Positions 36,180 to 45,482 of a DNA stretch of 64,000 nucleotides are shown here, one piece after another. The position numbers and the translations under genes are program-made. The DNA is from Candidatus Caldarchaeum sp. (GTDB taxonomy: Archaea; Thermoproteota; Nitrososphaeria_A; Caldarchaeales; Caldarchaeaceae), in assembly GCA_038831915.1 (NCBI GenBank), contig JAWBKB010000002.1, positions 4,964-68,963 of the forward strand, in the 5' to 3' direction. The stretch's first letter is position 1, and each line of letters begins with the position of its first letter. Below the pieces are notes generated by a model that saw nothing but the letters and a program-made list of their open reading frames with translations, was not told the origin of the DNA and made no database searches.

Positions 36180-36760
36180 ATTTTTTCGTTCACAGAATCG
36201 ATGAAAAAACGGCTGCAAACCTCCGAACCTTTGGCTTCAGCCATGTTTGCGTTTTAGAAAATAGAATGAGCGCGGGAATTGTTAGTGGTTTGATAATTTA
36301 TCGTAAGGTTTTGGTTGATGCGTGGACGCGTGGCGATGTTCTTGAAGCAGGGAGAAATTTCGAAGGTCGGGCGGTCGTGTGTGTGAGGCCTTTGACACGT
36401 GAAGCTCTGATGACTGCTGGCAGAGACGAAAGAATAGCGACCGTTTTTGTGCACGGCGAAATCCCTGACTACGATAGACATGTGGACGCCGTTTTCAAGA
36501 ACCCCGTGGAGATATCGGTCGCGGAATTAAAGTCATGCTATGATGATGAAAAGAGATGGAGAAACGTCATTGCGTTCGTAAAAAAAGCGTTTGCGACGGG
36601 TAAAAAAATAGTGATGTCAAGCGGCGCCGCAAGTTGTGACGAAGTTCTTCCACCCCAACAACTTGCCTACGTGGCAGCGGCTTTGACCGACCAGAAACAA
36701 CAATACGTCATTAGCGTCTCGGAAAATCCTTTATCTCTTCTCAGTGAAAAAATCAGATGA
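36161..36760 (+). CDS. rnp3: RNase P protein component 3 (Rpp30)
   Basis: KKFVDFFVH... TIM-barrel-like subunit, about 200 aa, directly followed by the Pop5 homolog. The ORF track has an upstream ATG at 36143. Confidence 0.6.
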   Translation: MVKKFVDFFVHRIDEKTAANLRTFGFSHVCVLENRMSAGIVSGLIIYRKVLVDAWTRGDVLEAGRNFEGRAVVCVRPLTREALMTAGRDERIATVFVHGEIPDYDRHVDAVFKNPVEISVAELKSCYDDEKRWRNVIAFVKKAFATGKKIVMSSGAASCDEVLPPQQLAYVAAALTDQKQQYVISVSENPLSLLSEKIR

Positions 36761-37065
36761 CGCGGAGGGTTTTCAAGCCACGTAAACGCTATTTGGCTGT
36801 AAACACGAGCAGGGAAACTTCAGGTGAAGCTTTGGAACAAGCGGTTAAACATGTCTTGACAAAACTCTACGGCGTCGACGGTCTCACCAAGTCAGGATAT
36901 AGACGCATCTACTCGCGAAACCATCACGTCTTCGCTTGCTACAGCGAATGGGTTCCCAGAATAATCCTCGCGATATCTCTAACACGAGAAATGGACCAAA
37001 AGCCTATTGTTTGCAGAACCCTCAGGATTTCTGGAACTTTGAAAGCGGTGTCGGGTATTAGATGA
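36757..37065 (+). CDS. rnp2: RNase P protein component 2 (Pop5)
   Basis: 102 aa. KPRKRYLAVNTS...FACYSEWVPRIILAISL has the Pop5 signature RKRYLA. Confidence 0.65.
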   Translation: MTRRVFKPRKRYLAVNTSRETSGEALEQAVKHVLTKLYGVDGLTKSGYRRIYSRNHHVFACYSEWVPRIILAISLTREMDQKPIVCRTLRISGTLKAVSGIR

Positions 37066-37352
37066 CTAAAACAACGGAAATTTTTGTCATATTTGCTGCA
37101 TTGGGAGATGCAATGACGTCGCTTTATGCGGGGTCGTTCATCGCTGCGGTGGCTGGTTTTCACAAAGTTTGGTTTCCGTCGTTTCTGCTGTTCGTCTTAG
37201 CTGTCGGCCTTTCGACGAGGCCCCTTGTCGAACCCGGAGTCAAAAGAGTTGAGAGTATTGGAACGGGGCTCTTGATAGCACCGGCTGCGACGGCTGCCGC
37301 GTTTCTTGCGGCCACGTTGTCTAGCTATCTCGCGCCTCCAGGGCCGGACTAG
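37062..37352 (+). CDS. CPBP-family intramembrane metalloprotease, N-terminal fragment (ends at in-frame TAG)
   Basis: 96 aa of TM helices. Same reading frame as the next ORF, separated only by TAG at 37350..37352. Confidence 0.4.
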   Translation: MTKTTEIFVIFAALGDAMTSLYAGSFIAAVAGFHKVWFPSFLLFVLAVGLSTRPLVEPGVKRVESIGTGLLIAPAATAAAFLAATLSSYLAPPGPD

Positions 37353-37715
37353 TTGGTCGAATATTTGAAACTCCGGTCTAGGGTTGATTTAGTCAATGCT
37401 GTGTTTCTTTCTATGCCTGTTGTTGCGGTTGGTGAAGAAATAGTGTTTCGCGGCGTTATTCATCGCAGGCTTCGAAAATTTCTTGGAAAAAACGCTGCGA
37501 TGCTTCTCTCATCGGCTGTCTTCACTGTGGCTCATTTTGACTTCAGCCGTTTTCTTCCAACTTTCGTCATCGGGCTGTTCACCGCGTATTCCATGGAACG
37601 CACCGGTTCTATAGCGCCGCCTCTAATCATCCATGGGATTAATAACAGCATGTATTTTGTTTGGTTATTCTTGAGCCCTGCCGCATTTGCTGCAGAAAAG
37701 CTCTCCTTCCCGTAA
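37353..37715 (+). CDS. CPBP-family (CAAX protease/Abi) intramembrane metalloprotease, C-terminal fragment with catalytic motifs
   Basis: Motif 1 GEEIVFRG (EExxxR), motif 2 FTVAHF (FxxxH), motif 3 HGINN. In frame with 37062..37352. Confidence 0.55.
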   Translation: MVEYLKLRSRVDLVNAVFLSMPVVAVGEEIVFRGVIHRRLRKFLGKNAAMLLSSAVFTVAHFDFSRFLPTFVIGLFTAYSMERTGSIAPPLIIHGINNSMYFVWLFLSPAAFAAEKLSFP

Positions 37716-38528
37716 CACTGTGCCGCAGAATTTGCAGTGACCCACAAATTGTTCCGTCAAACGTTTTTTCTCAAACCTTCTTGCTATCAATATTGATGAT
37801 TCTATAAGGGCGACTAGTGGTAGGAAGAGGACGGCGTTTCCCACCAGCCATCCGTCAGGTGTGATCAGAGCCACAACAATGTACAGAATGCCGTAAACAT
37901 ACAGCCTGTTGCGAGTGATGAGGCTTGTGCTTATGACGCCGAAGCGAACCAACATGACGACGACGGCTGGGGAGGTGAAAACAACGCCGATCAAAAGCAC
38001 AGTTGTGAAAACGAGTCCGTAGAAATCGATTGCACAGACCGTTGGAATCACGCCTGCTAACTCGAAGAAGAACACCATCGCACGGACTATTATCGGAGCG
38101 GCGATGAAGTAGCCGAACAAACCACCGACGGCGAAAAGCGAAACAAACGCCAAAGTAAAACCGTAAATGAGCCTTCTTTCATGAGGGTATAGAGCTGGGT
38201 CTACGTAAGCGTAGGTTTCGTAGCCGATGACCGGCATGATGGATGCTATTGCGAGAAACGCCGCGGATAAGAATATAATTTCGAGCGGGGAAGTCATGCT
38301 GCATCCGATAATCTCTATTTGTGCAGCGCCTATGTCCTGAACTACTCGCTTTAACACCATCGAAACCATCGGCTCGTAGAATTCGGGGTTTGAAAACGGC
38401 GCGGTGATGTCGGCGGGAAATGCGAGCCAGAAAATCAAGGCGACTATGAATGAAATGATGATAACTTTGACTCGGTCTTTTAGCTCGCGGATGTGTTCGA
38501 TTAAGGGCATTTCCTTGTCTTTGCTCAA
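37665..38528 (-). CDS. tatC: Twin-arginine translocase subunit TatC with C-terminal zinc-ribbon extension
   Basis: 287 aa. N-terminal LIEHIRELKDRV TatC signature, 6 TM segments, C-terminal CKFCGTVLREGELFCSKCG. Confidence 0.85.
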   Translation of the reverse strand: MSKDKEMPLIEHIRELKDRVKVIIISFIVALIFWLAFPADITAPFSNPEFYEPMVSMVLKRVVQDIGAAQIEIIGCSMTSPLEIIFLSAAFLAIASIMPVIGYETYAYVDPALYPHERRLIYGFTLAFVSLFAVGGLFGYFIAAPIIVRAMVFFFELAGVIPTVCAIDFYGLVFTTVLLIGVVFTSPAVVVMLVRFGVISTSLITRNRLYVYGILYIVVALITPDGWLVGNAVLFLPLVALIESSILIARRFEKKRLTEQFVGHCKFCGTVLREGELFCSKCGRAQE

Positions 38529-38568
38529 CGAGCTGTCCTACCGTAGACTGGCTGATAATAATTTAACG

Positions 38569-38874
38569 TTAACCAGATTTCTGAGACTTTTCTACTATGG
38601 CTCGTGCGATTTCATCCCTTGTCTTTCCTTCGGTAGGAATATTGAGAGCCTTGGCGACCTCTATTAACTTGTCATCCGGCGCAGATGACCCTGATGGTGG
38701 TGCCGGCGTAGCCGCCTTGGCCAAATCCTCTTCAAGATTTCGTTGAGCCCTTTCAAACTCTTTCTTAGCTTGTCCTATTGACCTCGCGATTTTCGGCAGT
38801 TTATCTGGGCCCCAGAGAAACAGGACTATTATGATTATTCCGACGATCACCCATTCGATGCCTTGTATGGCCAT
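38569..38874 (-). CDS. tatA: Twin-arginine translocase subunit TatA/E
   Basis: 101 aa. N-terminal TM plus amphipathic helix WGPDKLPKIARSIGQAKKEF. Confidence 0.8.
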   Translation of the reverse strand: MAIQGIEWVIVGIIIIVLFLWGPDKLPKIARSIGQAKKEFERAQRNLEEDLAKAATPAPPSGSSAPDDKLIEVAKALNIPTEGKTRDEIARAIVEKSQKSG

Positions 38875-38919
38875 GAACGCACCAATACTATACTGTTCGG
38901 CTCGCTTTTATAAATGTTG

Positions 38920-39711
38920 CTAATACAACACAGCTCCACCATCGACCACTATGGTCTGGCCGTTGACGAAACTGGGCTTTTCAGAGCAGAGAAACGCAAC
39001 TATTGCAGCAACTTCGGCGGGTCTCCCCCACCGGCCTAACGGGCTTTCACGGGCCAAAATTTGGTATTCGTGAGGAGTCAACCATTTAACACTTGGCTCG
39101 GTTTCGATGCTACCCAACGCAAGAGTATAGGCCCGGATGCCGTATCTACCGTATTCCCATGCTATGTGCTTGGTCAGCCCCAGTATGGCGGCTTTCGCAA
39201 GTGTATAAGGTAGGCCTTTGTCATATCCAGCTATCGCTGGTGTTGAGCTGAAGTTCACGAAAACACCGTATCCATGCTTTTTCATCACCTTTACAGTATG
39301 TTTTACCATTAAGAAGGAACCGATTAAATCGACTTTTATCACCGAAATAATTTCATCGACGGTGATGTCGGCGATACTTTTGTTCCATAATTTGGGCTCA
39401 AGAACATGGCCTGCGACGTTGACTACTGCGTCGATTCTGTCAAATACCTCTTGAGTTTTGGAAACGAAGTTTATGACGGATTTTTCATCTGATACGTCGA
39501 GAAAGTCAGCGTAGATGCGGTCGGCTGCAAAATGTTTTTTCCAATTAGCGGCATACTCTTCTAATATATGGGTTCTGCGAGCTCCTGCTGCAACGTATGC
39601 GCCTTCCTTGAGAAATTCTTCCACGACCGCCTTGCCGATTTCTCCAGAGGAACCGGTAACAATGGCTCTTTTTCCCTCTAATATTCCCATGATGTGCAGA
39701 GGCTGTTGCAC
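38920..39711 (-). CDS. Short-chain dehydrogenase/reductase (SDR) family oxidoreductase
   Basis: 263 aa. TGSSGEIG cofactor motif, NVAG, catalytic YxxxK (YTLAK). Confidence 0.85.
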   Translation of the reverse strand: MQQPLHIMGILEGKRAIVTGSSGEIGKAVVEEFLKEGAYVAAGARRTHILEEYAANWKKHFAADRIYADFLDVSDEKSVINFVSKTQEVFDRIDAVVNVAGHVLEPKLWNKSIADITVDEIISVIKVDLIGSFLMVKHTVKVMKKHGYGVFVNFSSTPAIAGYDKGLPYTLAKAAILGLTKHIAWEYGRYGIRAYTLALGSIETEPSVKWLTPHEYQILARESPLGRWGRPAEVAAIVAFLCSEKPSFVNGQTIVVDGGAVLY

Positions 39712-39743
39712 ACTTATATACGCGGCCTTGATAAAAGATTCGG

Positions 39744-40226
39744 ATGTCGAAGGAATTCAAGCTGATCGTCCGGGTGCTGAACACCGACGTCGACGGAACA
39801 CTCCACATTCCATACGCATTAGCAAAGGTAAAAGGCATTGGAGTCAACCTTGGATACGCAATAGCGCGTGTCGCAGGCCTCAATCCTCAGACACGGATTG
39901 GAACCTTAACCGAAAAACAGTTAGAAAAAATCGAGCAAATCGCCCGAAACCCTGCTAAACATGGAATACCCCAATGGATGTTGAACAGAAGGTTCGACCC
40001 GGTTTCCGGAGAAAACCGCCACCTAATCGGCGCCGACCTAGAACTAGCTATCAAAGAAGACATTCAGACGATGATGAGGACGAAAAGCTGGAAAGGAATT
40101 CGTCACTCTCTCGGGTTGAAAGTGCGAGGACAGAGAACTAGGACGACAGGAAGAACAGGCATGACAGTAGGTGTTTCGAGAAAAGCCGCAGCAGCCGGAG
40201 GTCAAAAACCCGAAGAATCCAAATAA
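39744..40226 (+). CDS. rps13: 30S ribosomal protein S13 (uS13)
   Basis: 160 aa. IVRVLNTDVDGTLHIPYALAKVKGIG...GLKVRGQRTRTTGRTG. Confidence 0.85.
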   Translation: MSKEFKLIVRVLNTDVDGTLHIPYALAKVKGIGVNLGYAIARVAGLNPQTRIGTLTEKQLEKIEQIARNPAKHGIPQWMLNRRFDPVSGENRHLIGADLELAIKEDIQTMMRTKSWKGIRHSLGLKVRGQRTRTTGRTGMTVGVSRKAAAAGGQKPEESK

Positions 40227-40236
40227 TCTGCACTTT

Positions 40237-41349
40237 TTAGAACATTTTCCGCACCATCGAAACGCCTTCCACTAGGTTGAGTTGTTTGCTGTGAGCTACT
40301 CGCCAGCTTCTTGTTCTGAGACCGCAGTCGTTGCAGGCGACGATTTTCCCCGGGTCATCCATGACTTTGACGGCGTAGAGAAGCCTATCCCGGACGAGCT
40401 CCGGAGATTCGATAAAATCTGTGTGAACATCAATCAGCCCCGGCGCTATCTTGAACTTACAACTATAATCTCTGAACACCTTCAGGATTTCGAATCCTTT
40501 TCTCTTCTCAGGCTCAATTCCCAGCATCTGAGTGTCAGCGTTCGAACAAGATATGGAAAGAACATCCGCCTTTAGTTCGAGCAACGCGGGAAACAGCGCC
40601 TTGTAGTTTGTGTAACAGATGTGAACCGCGACTTTGGACGACAAGCCTTTAACGGCTCTGTTCACACTTTGGACCACTAATTCAGATTCATGCGGTTTCG
40701 CGGCGGCTGCCGGCTCGTCAAGTTGGATGTATTCAACCCCTTCCCGATTCAACTCAGTCAGAACAGGTTTTATGATTTCGTCAACAACGTCGAAAACGAA
40801 ATCTCGTTTCGCGTTGACGGATTTCTGCAACAAGTCTTCACCAGCGGCATTTGCTATGTAGTATTCGTCGAACGACCAATCAGCGATTGTATAGGCAGAG
40901 GTGACCGGTATTTTCAAAGGTTTACGGGTGTGTTGTTTGTTGAAGAGGAGTTCATCTAAATGGTATGGTTGCTTTAGCCTAGGCTTTTTTACGACAGCGG
41001 CTTTCCTGTAAAATTCGTTGTCCCAAACTCTGACCACTCCTCGAAATTCAAAGCCTTCAATATATTGAAGCGGATGTTCGTACATTTCGATTCTTCGCTG
41101 CTCGCCATCGTAAATGACGTCAAGACCTGCTGATTCGAAAAATCTTAGTCCGTAAAAACAGGCCCAGTCAATAATCTCACGGTCGTCAGGGCCCTTTTCC
41201 TTTAATAGATGCACCAGCTTCTCGTAGTTGTCGACGCCTAGCCTTCGACCCCATTCAACAGCCTCGTGAACTGCTCTCTCTCTATCCTTGACCCGGAAAG
41301 GGGCTTTGTTCAAACTGCCGACTTCGATTACTGGAAAAAGCTTATCCAA
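40237..41349 (-). CDS. Cobalamin-independent methionine synthase MetE C-terminal-domain-like protein
   Basis: 370 aa. UroD/MetE-type barrel with IQLDEPA and zinc-ligand region (HICYTNY...CNDCGL). Confidence 0.7.
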   Translation of the reverse strand: MDKLFPVIEVGSLNKAPFRVKDRERAVHEAVEWGRRLGVDNYEKLVHLLKEKGPDDREIIDWACFYGLRFFESAGLDVIYDGEQRRIEMYEHPLQYIEGFEFRGVVRVWDNEFYRKAAVVKKPRLKQPYHLDELLFNKQHTRKPLKIPVTSAYTIADWSFDEYYIANAAGEDLLQKSVNAKRDFVFDVVDEIIKPVLTELNREGVEYIQLDEPAAAAKPHESELVVQSVNRAVKGLSSKVAVHICYTNYKALFPALLELKADVLSISCSNADTQMLGIEPEKRKGFEILKVFRDYSCKFKIAPGLIDVHTDFIESPELVRDRLLYAVKVMDDPGKIVACNDCGLRTRSWRVAHSKQLNLVEGVSMVRKMF

Positions 41350-42289
41350 CCCCAGTCACTTGCGCGTAAACTTCTCCGATTAAATTAACTTTCATGACAG
41401 CGTATGGGTAAGGCAAATGCTCGAGCTCGCAGTTCGGACCAAAATGTATCTCAGAAGGTCTCGCTATCTTTTCGACCTTAGTGATAATCGATATGATGTG
41501 TTCTGGTTTTTCGAGTAATGTGTTGCGACCGTCTACGACTCCCAAGTATATGGCTTTTCTGCCGTCTATAGCTTTGATAGAGTCGACGGAAATTTTGTAC
41601 ATGTCGAACCCTATAACGTCGACGGGCAGCTCAATGACATCCTCGATGATGCTCGAACCCGAGCCATATGGAAAATGAAGAAGCAATTCTCCCGCCGCTT
41701 TTGTCCTAAAGCTTGCGATAGCTTGGCTGAAGACCTGCACATCCTTTTCCGAAGCTTTATGAAACACAAGATTGGGGGCTGTTAACTGTATTTGTTCAAA
41801 GGTTCCCAACTCGTTGACGAACGCAGCTAAAGAGTCTGAGACATCGAAAACCAGCTCTTCGAAGCTTCGGTAAAATTGGTTCTCGCTTAGGGCGGCGAAC
41901 GAAAAGGGGTCTGGTAGAATAATTTTCCTTTTACCTCGTGGAATCATATGGGTGAAGTCAAATGATTTGTCAAAACCTCCTCGGAGACGTAACTCTCCTT
42001 TTATGACTGGTATTTTGTAAAAGAAGTTGTTGTCAAACCATCGGGCCAGTCCGTTGATTTCGACTTTTTCCAGTGATGAGGCGAATGGCCTCAATAAATC
42101 GTCCCATGTCAACATTCCATCCACTATGTATGACAGCTTATTCTTGTGTTGAATTTCAACCACTTCTCGTGTGTGCAGTTCTATTTGATACCTGAGATGT
42201 TGCGTGGAAATTTTGTTTTTAGCGTGGTCCCGGAAGGCTTTTATCAATTCCTCATGTCGGGGAAACGACCCAGCTAGATACGCCTTCAT
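41342..42289 (-). CDS. MetE N-terminal-domain-like protein (split methionine synthase partner)
   Basis: 315 aa. Homologous barrel lacking the metal ligands; overlaps the downstream MetE-C-like gene by 8 bp. Confidence 0.6.
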   Translation of the reverse strand: MKAYLAGSFPRHEELIKAFRDHAKNKISTQHLRYQIELHTREVVEIQHKNKLSYIVDGMLTWDDLLRPFASSLEKVEINGLARWFDNNFFYKIPVIKGELRLRGGFDKSFDFTHMIPRGKRKIILPDPFSFAALSENQFYRSFEELVFDVSDSLAAFVNELGTFEQIQLTAPNLVFHKASEKDVQVFSQAIASFRTKAAGELLLHFPYGSGSSIIEDVIELPVDVIGFDMYKISVDSIKAIDGRKAIYLGVVDGRNTLLEKPEHIISIITKVEKIARPSEIHFGPNCELEHLPYPYAVMKVNLIGEVYAQVTGVG

Positions 42290-42290
42290 C

Positions 42291-43295
42291 CTACATCCTT
42301 CTTTCTGAGCTGTGGCCTGGGAAGTAACCCGACTTCGGGTCGATGTAGTTTTTCGCGACGTTCACGGCTATCGCTGCTTGAGCGAACCCAACACACAGAA
42401 GAGCGAGCTTAACTGAATCACTTTGATGTGCTATGTCGCCCGCCGCATATACTCCCGGGATGTTTGTTTCGCATTTTCCGTTGATTTTTATAGCGTTGCC
42501 CTCCATTTCGACCCCCCATCTTTTAAACAACGCAACATCCACGATATGGCCGAGCTGCAGGATTAAGGCGTCGACTGCAAGCGTCATCTCCTCATTTGTT
42601 TTATTATTGAAAACTGTTACGCGTTCAAGCTTCTCATCCCCCTCTGCCGATTTCACTTCATAGGGAACCAAAACCTTAACGGGAGAATGAAATAACTCAA
42701 TCACGCTACCCTCATGAGCTCTGAAATCCGTCCGTCGATGAACCAGATAAACTTCTTTCGCTATGTCTTTCAGGTTTAAGGCCCAGTCCACCGCAGAATC
42801 ACCACCACCTACAATCACGATACGCTTGTTTCTAAATATCCACCTATCCTTCACGGTGTAATACACACCCTTGTTTTCAAACCGCTCGACAGACGGGTTG
42901 CCGAGCTTCCTCGGCGTAAACGCGCCGTGACCCGCCGCGATCAACACCGTCTTCGAAAAATGAACTCCTTTGTCGGTTGTCAGCTCTATTATGCCTCCGT
43001 CGAGCCGAGTTAAGTTCAACACTTTTTCAGAATAGAGGAAAGTTGGATTGTATGCCGCGGCTTGCTCGTAGAGGTATTTCGCAAGGTCTTTGGCGAGAAC
43101 TTTGGGGTATCCGGGTACGTCGTAGATGAATTTGTCTGGATAAAGTGTGGTTAGCTGACCGCCGTAGGTGTCCAAAGCTTCGATGACCTTTGTCCTCATG
43201 CCACGCATTCCGGCAGCATAAAAGGCGGCGAACAAGCCGGTCGGCCCCGCCCCGATAATCGTAATGTCGTAGACGTCGAAAGGTTTGGTTTCCAC
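42291..43295 (-). CDS. Thioredoxin-reductase-like FAD/NAD(P)-dependent oxidoreductase (ferredoxin-NADP reductase type 2-like)
   Basis: 334 aa. ITIIGAGPTGLFAAFY, VIVGGGDSAVDWAL, GDIA motifs. Confidence 0.8.
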   Translation of the reverse strand: METKPFDVYDITIIGAGPTGLFAAFYAAGMRGMRTKVIEALDTYGGQLTTLYPDKFIYDVPGYPKVLAKDLAKYLYEQAAAYNPTFLYSEKVLNLTRLDGGIIELTTDKGVHFSKTVLIAAGHGAFTPRKLGNPSVERFENKGVYYTVKDRWIFRNKRIVIVGGGDSAVDWALNLKDIAKEVYLVHRRTDFRAHEGSVIELFHSPVKVLVPYEVKSAEGDEKLERVTVFNNKTNEEMTLAVDALILQLGHIVDVALFKRWGVEMEGNAIKINGKCETNIPGVYAAGDIAHQSDSVKLALLCVGFAQAAIAVNVAKNYIDPKSGYFPGHSSERRM

Positions 43296-43334
43296 GTTTT
43301 GGTTTTTGCGAAGGCAATCTATATAGTTGCAGTG

Positions 43335-44312
43335 TCAAACCACTTTAAATGGCAGGCTAAGCTCCGCTATGTCCGAGAAGTCTTCGCATACACGGCCAAA
43401 ATGAAGATACAGCTTGAAAAGAAAGGCTGAATTTTCTTTTCCCGAAATCTTCTTCAACAGAGATTCACTGCGGCGCAGAAATTCTTTACGCATAGCTGTG
43501 ACATTATTGATTTTTTCAAGGTCTCGGCTGAAAAAGGCATCTAACGGGCTCGAACCCATCGACGTCACTATATTCGCCAAGTGTTTGAAGTCGCTGATTA
43601 TATCTTCACTGGGCATTTTTGTTGTTCGGAGAATCTCTTTGCCTATTTCAGCGGCTTGGTCGCCTGCGTCTTCGATGAACTTTGCGGCTACTCTGTAGTC
43701 GAGAACCAGAAGAGGCGTAACATTCATTTTTTTCGCTAAGGCGGGGTCTATCACGGCAGAACGCAAAACTCTCACCAGCGTGAAGTAGAGACGGTCGACC
43801 TCTTCGTCTCTTTGAACGACAATCCGTGCCAGAGAGGTGTTGCCCTTTTCGAAAGCCTCCACAACGGTTTCAACCATGCCCAAAACTAGGTTGTGCTGCC
43901 GCCGCAACAACTTCTCCGGAGCGACCAGCTCTTGGTCGAGCACAACCTGAACCTCAATCTTTTCGCTGGTCTCTTCTACGATTTCTGCTCCAGCCAAGGA
44001 CCGTATGCTTTTTCTTATTTCTGCGAATTGTGTGTCGGTGATAGGTGACTTTGAAACAATCCTGATTACGCTATATCCGTATAGATAGGCTCCAAGGATT
44101 AGCTGGTTTACACTATCGGTGAGCGGTATCTCAACCTCCGAAACTTGTTTTTCCCCTGTCTTTTCGGGATAAAGGAAGATTCCCCCATCTTCAGTGGGTT
44201 TCAGAACAATCACCGAGCCTTTTTTCAAACCCATCCTCTCAATCCATTCTTTGGGAAGTGTAACTGAATAGGAGCTTCCACCTGTCAGTTGAAGGTTTCG
44301 CCTTATTTCCAC
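43335..44312 (-). CDS. PhoU-domain regulator with N-terminal AbrB/SpoVT-like DNA-binding domain
   Basis: 325 aa. N-terminal swapped-hairpin-like LTGGSSYSVTLPKEWIERMGLKKGSVIV, then two PhoU-like helical repeats. Confidence 0.65.
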   Translation of the reverse strand: MEIRRNLQLTGGSSYSVTLPKEWIERMGLKKGSVIVLKPTEDGGIFLYPEKTGEKQVSEVEIPLTDSVNQLILGAYLYGYSVIRIVSKSPITDTQFAEIRKSIRSLAGAEIVEETSEKIEVQVVLDQELVAPEKLLRRQHNLVLGMVETVVEAFEKGNTSLARIVVQRDEEVDRLYFTLVRVLRSAVIDPALAKKMNVTPLLVLDYRVAAKFIEDAGDQAAEIGKEILRTTKMPSEDIISDFKHLANIVTSMGSSPLDAFFSRDLEKINNVTAMRKEFLRRSESLLKKISGKENSAFLFKLYLHFGRVCEDFSDIAELSLPFKVV

Positions 44313-44352
44313 GATTAAAACTAAGCAAGACTTGGTGTTAACCCTTCAGCAA

Positions 44353-44366
44353 GATACCTTTATAAC
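44353..44366 (+). promoter_or_regulatory. Putative BRE/TATA box for the L22-led ribosomal operon
   Basis: cctTTATAActtg about 35-40 bp upstream of the L22 ATG (44401); archaeal TATA consensus. Confidence 0.35.
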
Positions 44367-44400
44367 TTGACAAATCCAAAAATGACATTTAGACCCTAAA

Positions 44401-44859
44401 ATGCCTCTATGGCGTTATTCCACGACGATTGGTGAAAAAGAGACGGAGGTCAGGGCGAGCCTCCGCGAGGTCGACATCTCTCCTAAATGGGCGAGAGAAG
44501 TCTGCGAAGCCATAAAAGGACTGACCATTCCAGAAGCGAAGAAGCTTCTCGAAGACGTTGTGAAACAGAAGCGGATGATAAGATACGCGAGGTATAAGAA
44601 AAAACGTGCCCATCATGGTGAGACAAAGGGCCCAGGAGGTTATCCGGTCAAAGTTTCAAGATACATGCTGAAGCTTATTGAAAGCTTGGAGGCTAATGCC
44701 GAATTCAAAGGCTTAGACCCCGAAAAAACAAAGATTGTGCACGCGGTTTCCCACAAAGGCAGAGTTGCGCCGAAATACATCGAAAGAGCTTTCGGCCGTT
44801 CCAGCCCATACAATAAAACATACGTTCACGTCGAAGTCGCGGCGGTGAGCAGCTCATGA
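44401..44859 (+). CDS. rpl22: 50S ribosomal protein L22 (uL22)
   Basis: 152 aa. ISPKWAREVCEAIKGLTIPEAKKLLEDVV. Confidence 0.85.
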   Translation: MPLWRYSTTIGEKETEVRASLREVDISPKWAREVCEAIKGLTIPEAKKLLEDVVKQKRMIRYARYKKKRAHHGETKGPGGYPVKVSRYMLKLIESLEANAEFKGLDPEKTKIVHAVSHKGRVAPKYIERAFGRSSPYNKTYVHVEVAAVSSS

Positions 44860-45482
44860 CTCTCGTAAAACAGATTTTAACAACACGCATCAAAAAATCC
44901 GACATAGAAGAATATTTGCGTGAAAAACTGAAGAATGCCTTGTTTGGAGGTGTCAACATCAGCTTTACTCCGCTGGGAACACGTGTCACAATTTACGCTA
45001 TGAGGCCGAGCCGAGTCATCGGGCCGAAAGGCAAAGTCATCAAAGAAATCACGGAAGATTTAGAGAAGAAATTCGGAGTTGAAAACCCCGTAGTAACAGT
45101 CGTAGAAGTTGAAGTTCCCGAGCTAAACCCATACGTCATGGCTGAAAGAATAGCACAAGACCTCGCCCGCGGCGTAAGATACCGTCGGGTGGGTTTCTGG
45201 GCTGTCCGCAGGATCATGGAAGCAGGTGCAAAAGGCGTCGAAGTTCACATCAGCGGGAAACTAACTTCTGCAAGGGCAAGAACCGAAAAATTCAGCGAGG
45301 GCTTCATGCCCAAATCAGGCGAGCTGGCGATGAAATACGTTCTCGAAGGCAAGTCGTCGGTTCTTCTCAAAACCGGTCTTTTTGGTGTCAGGGTTCTAAT
45401 CTATCCACCCGACGCTCCGCTTCCAGAGGAAATCAAGGTTAAGGTGAAGCAAAATGAAAGCGAAGGAGTTAAGGGAGCTTAG
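44856..45482 (+). CDS. rps3: 30S ribosomal protein S3 (uS3)
   Basis: 208 aa. KH domain and GVEVHISGKL. Confidence 0.9.
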   Translation: MTLVKQILTTRIKKSDIEEYLREKLKNALFGGVNISFTPLGTRVTIYAMRPSRVIGPKGKVIKEITEDLEKKFGVENPVVTVVEVEVPELNPYVMAERIAQDLARGVRYRRVGFWAVRRIMEAGAKGVEVHISGKLTSARARTEKFSEGFMPKSGELAMKYVLEGKSSVLLKTGLFGVRVLIYPPDAPLPEEIKVKVKQNESEGVKGA

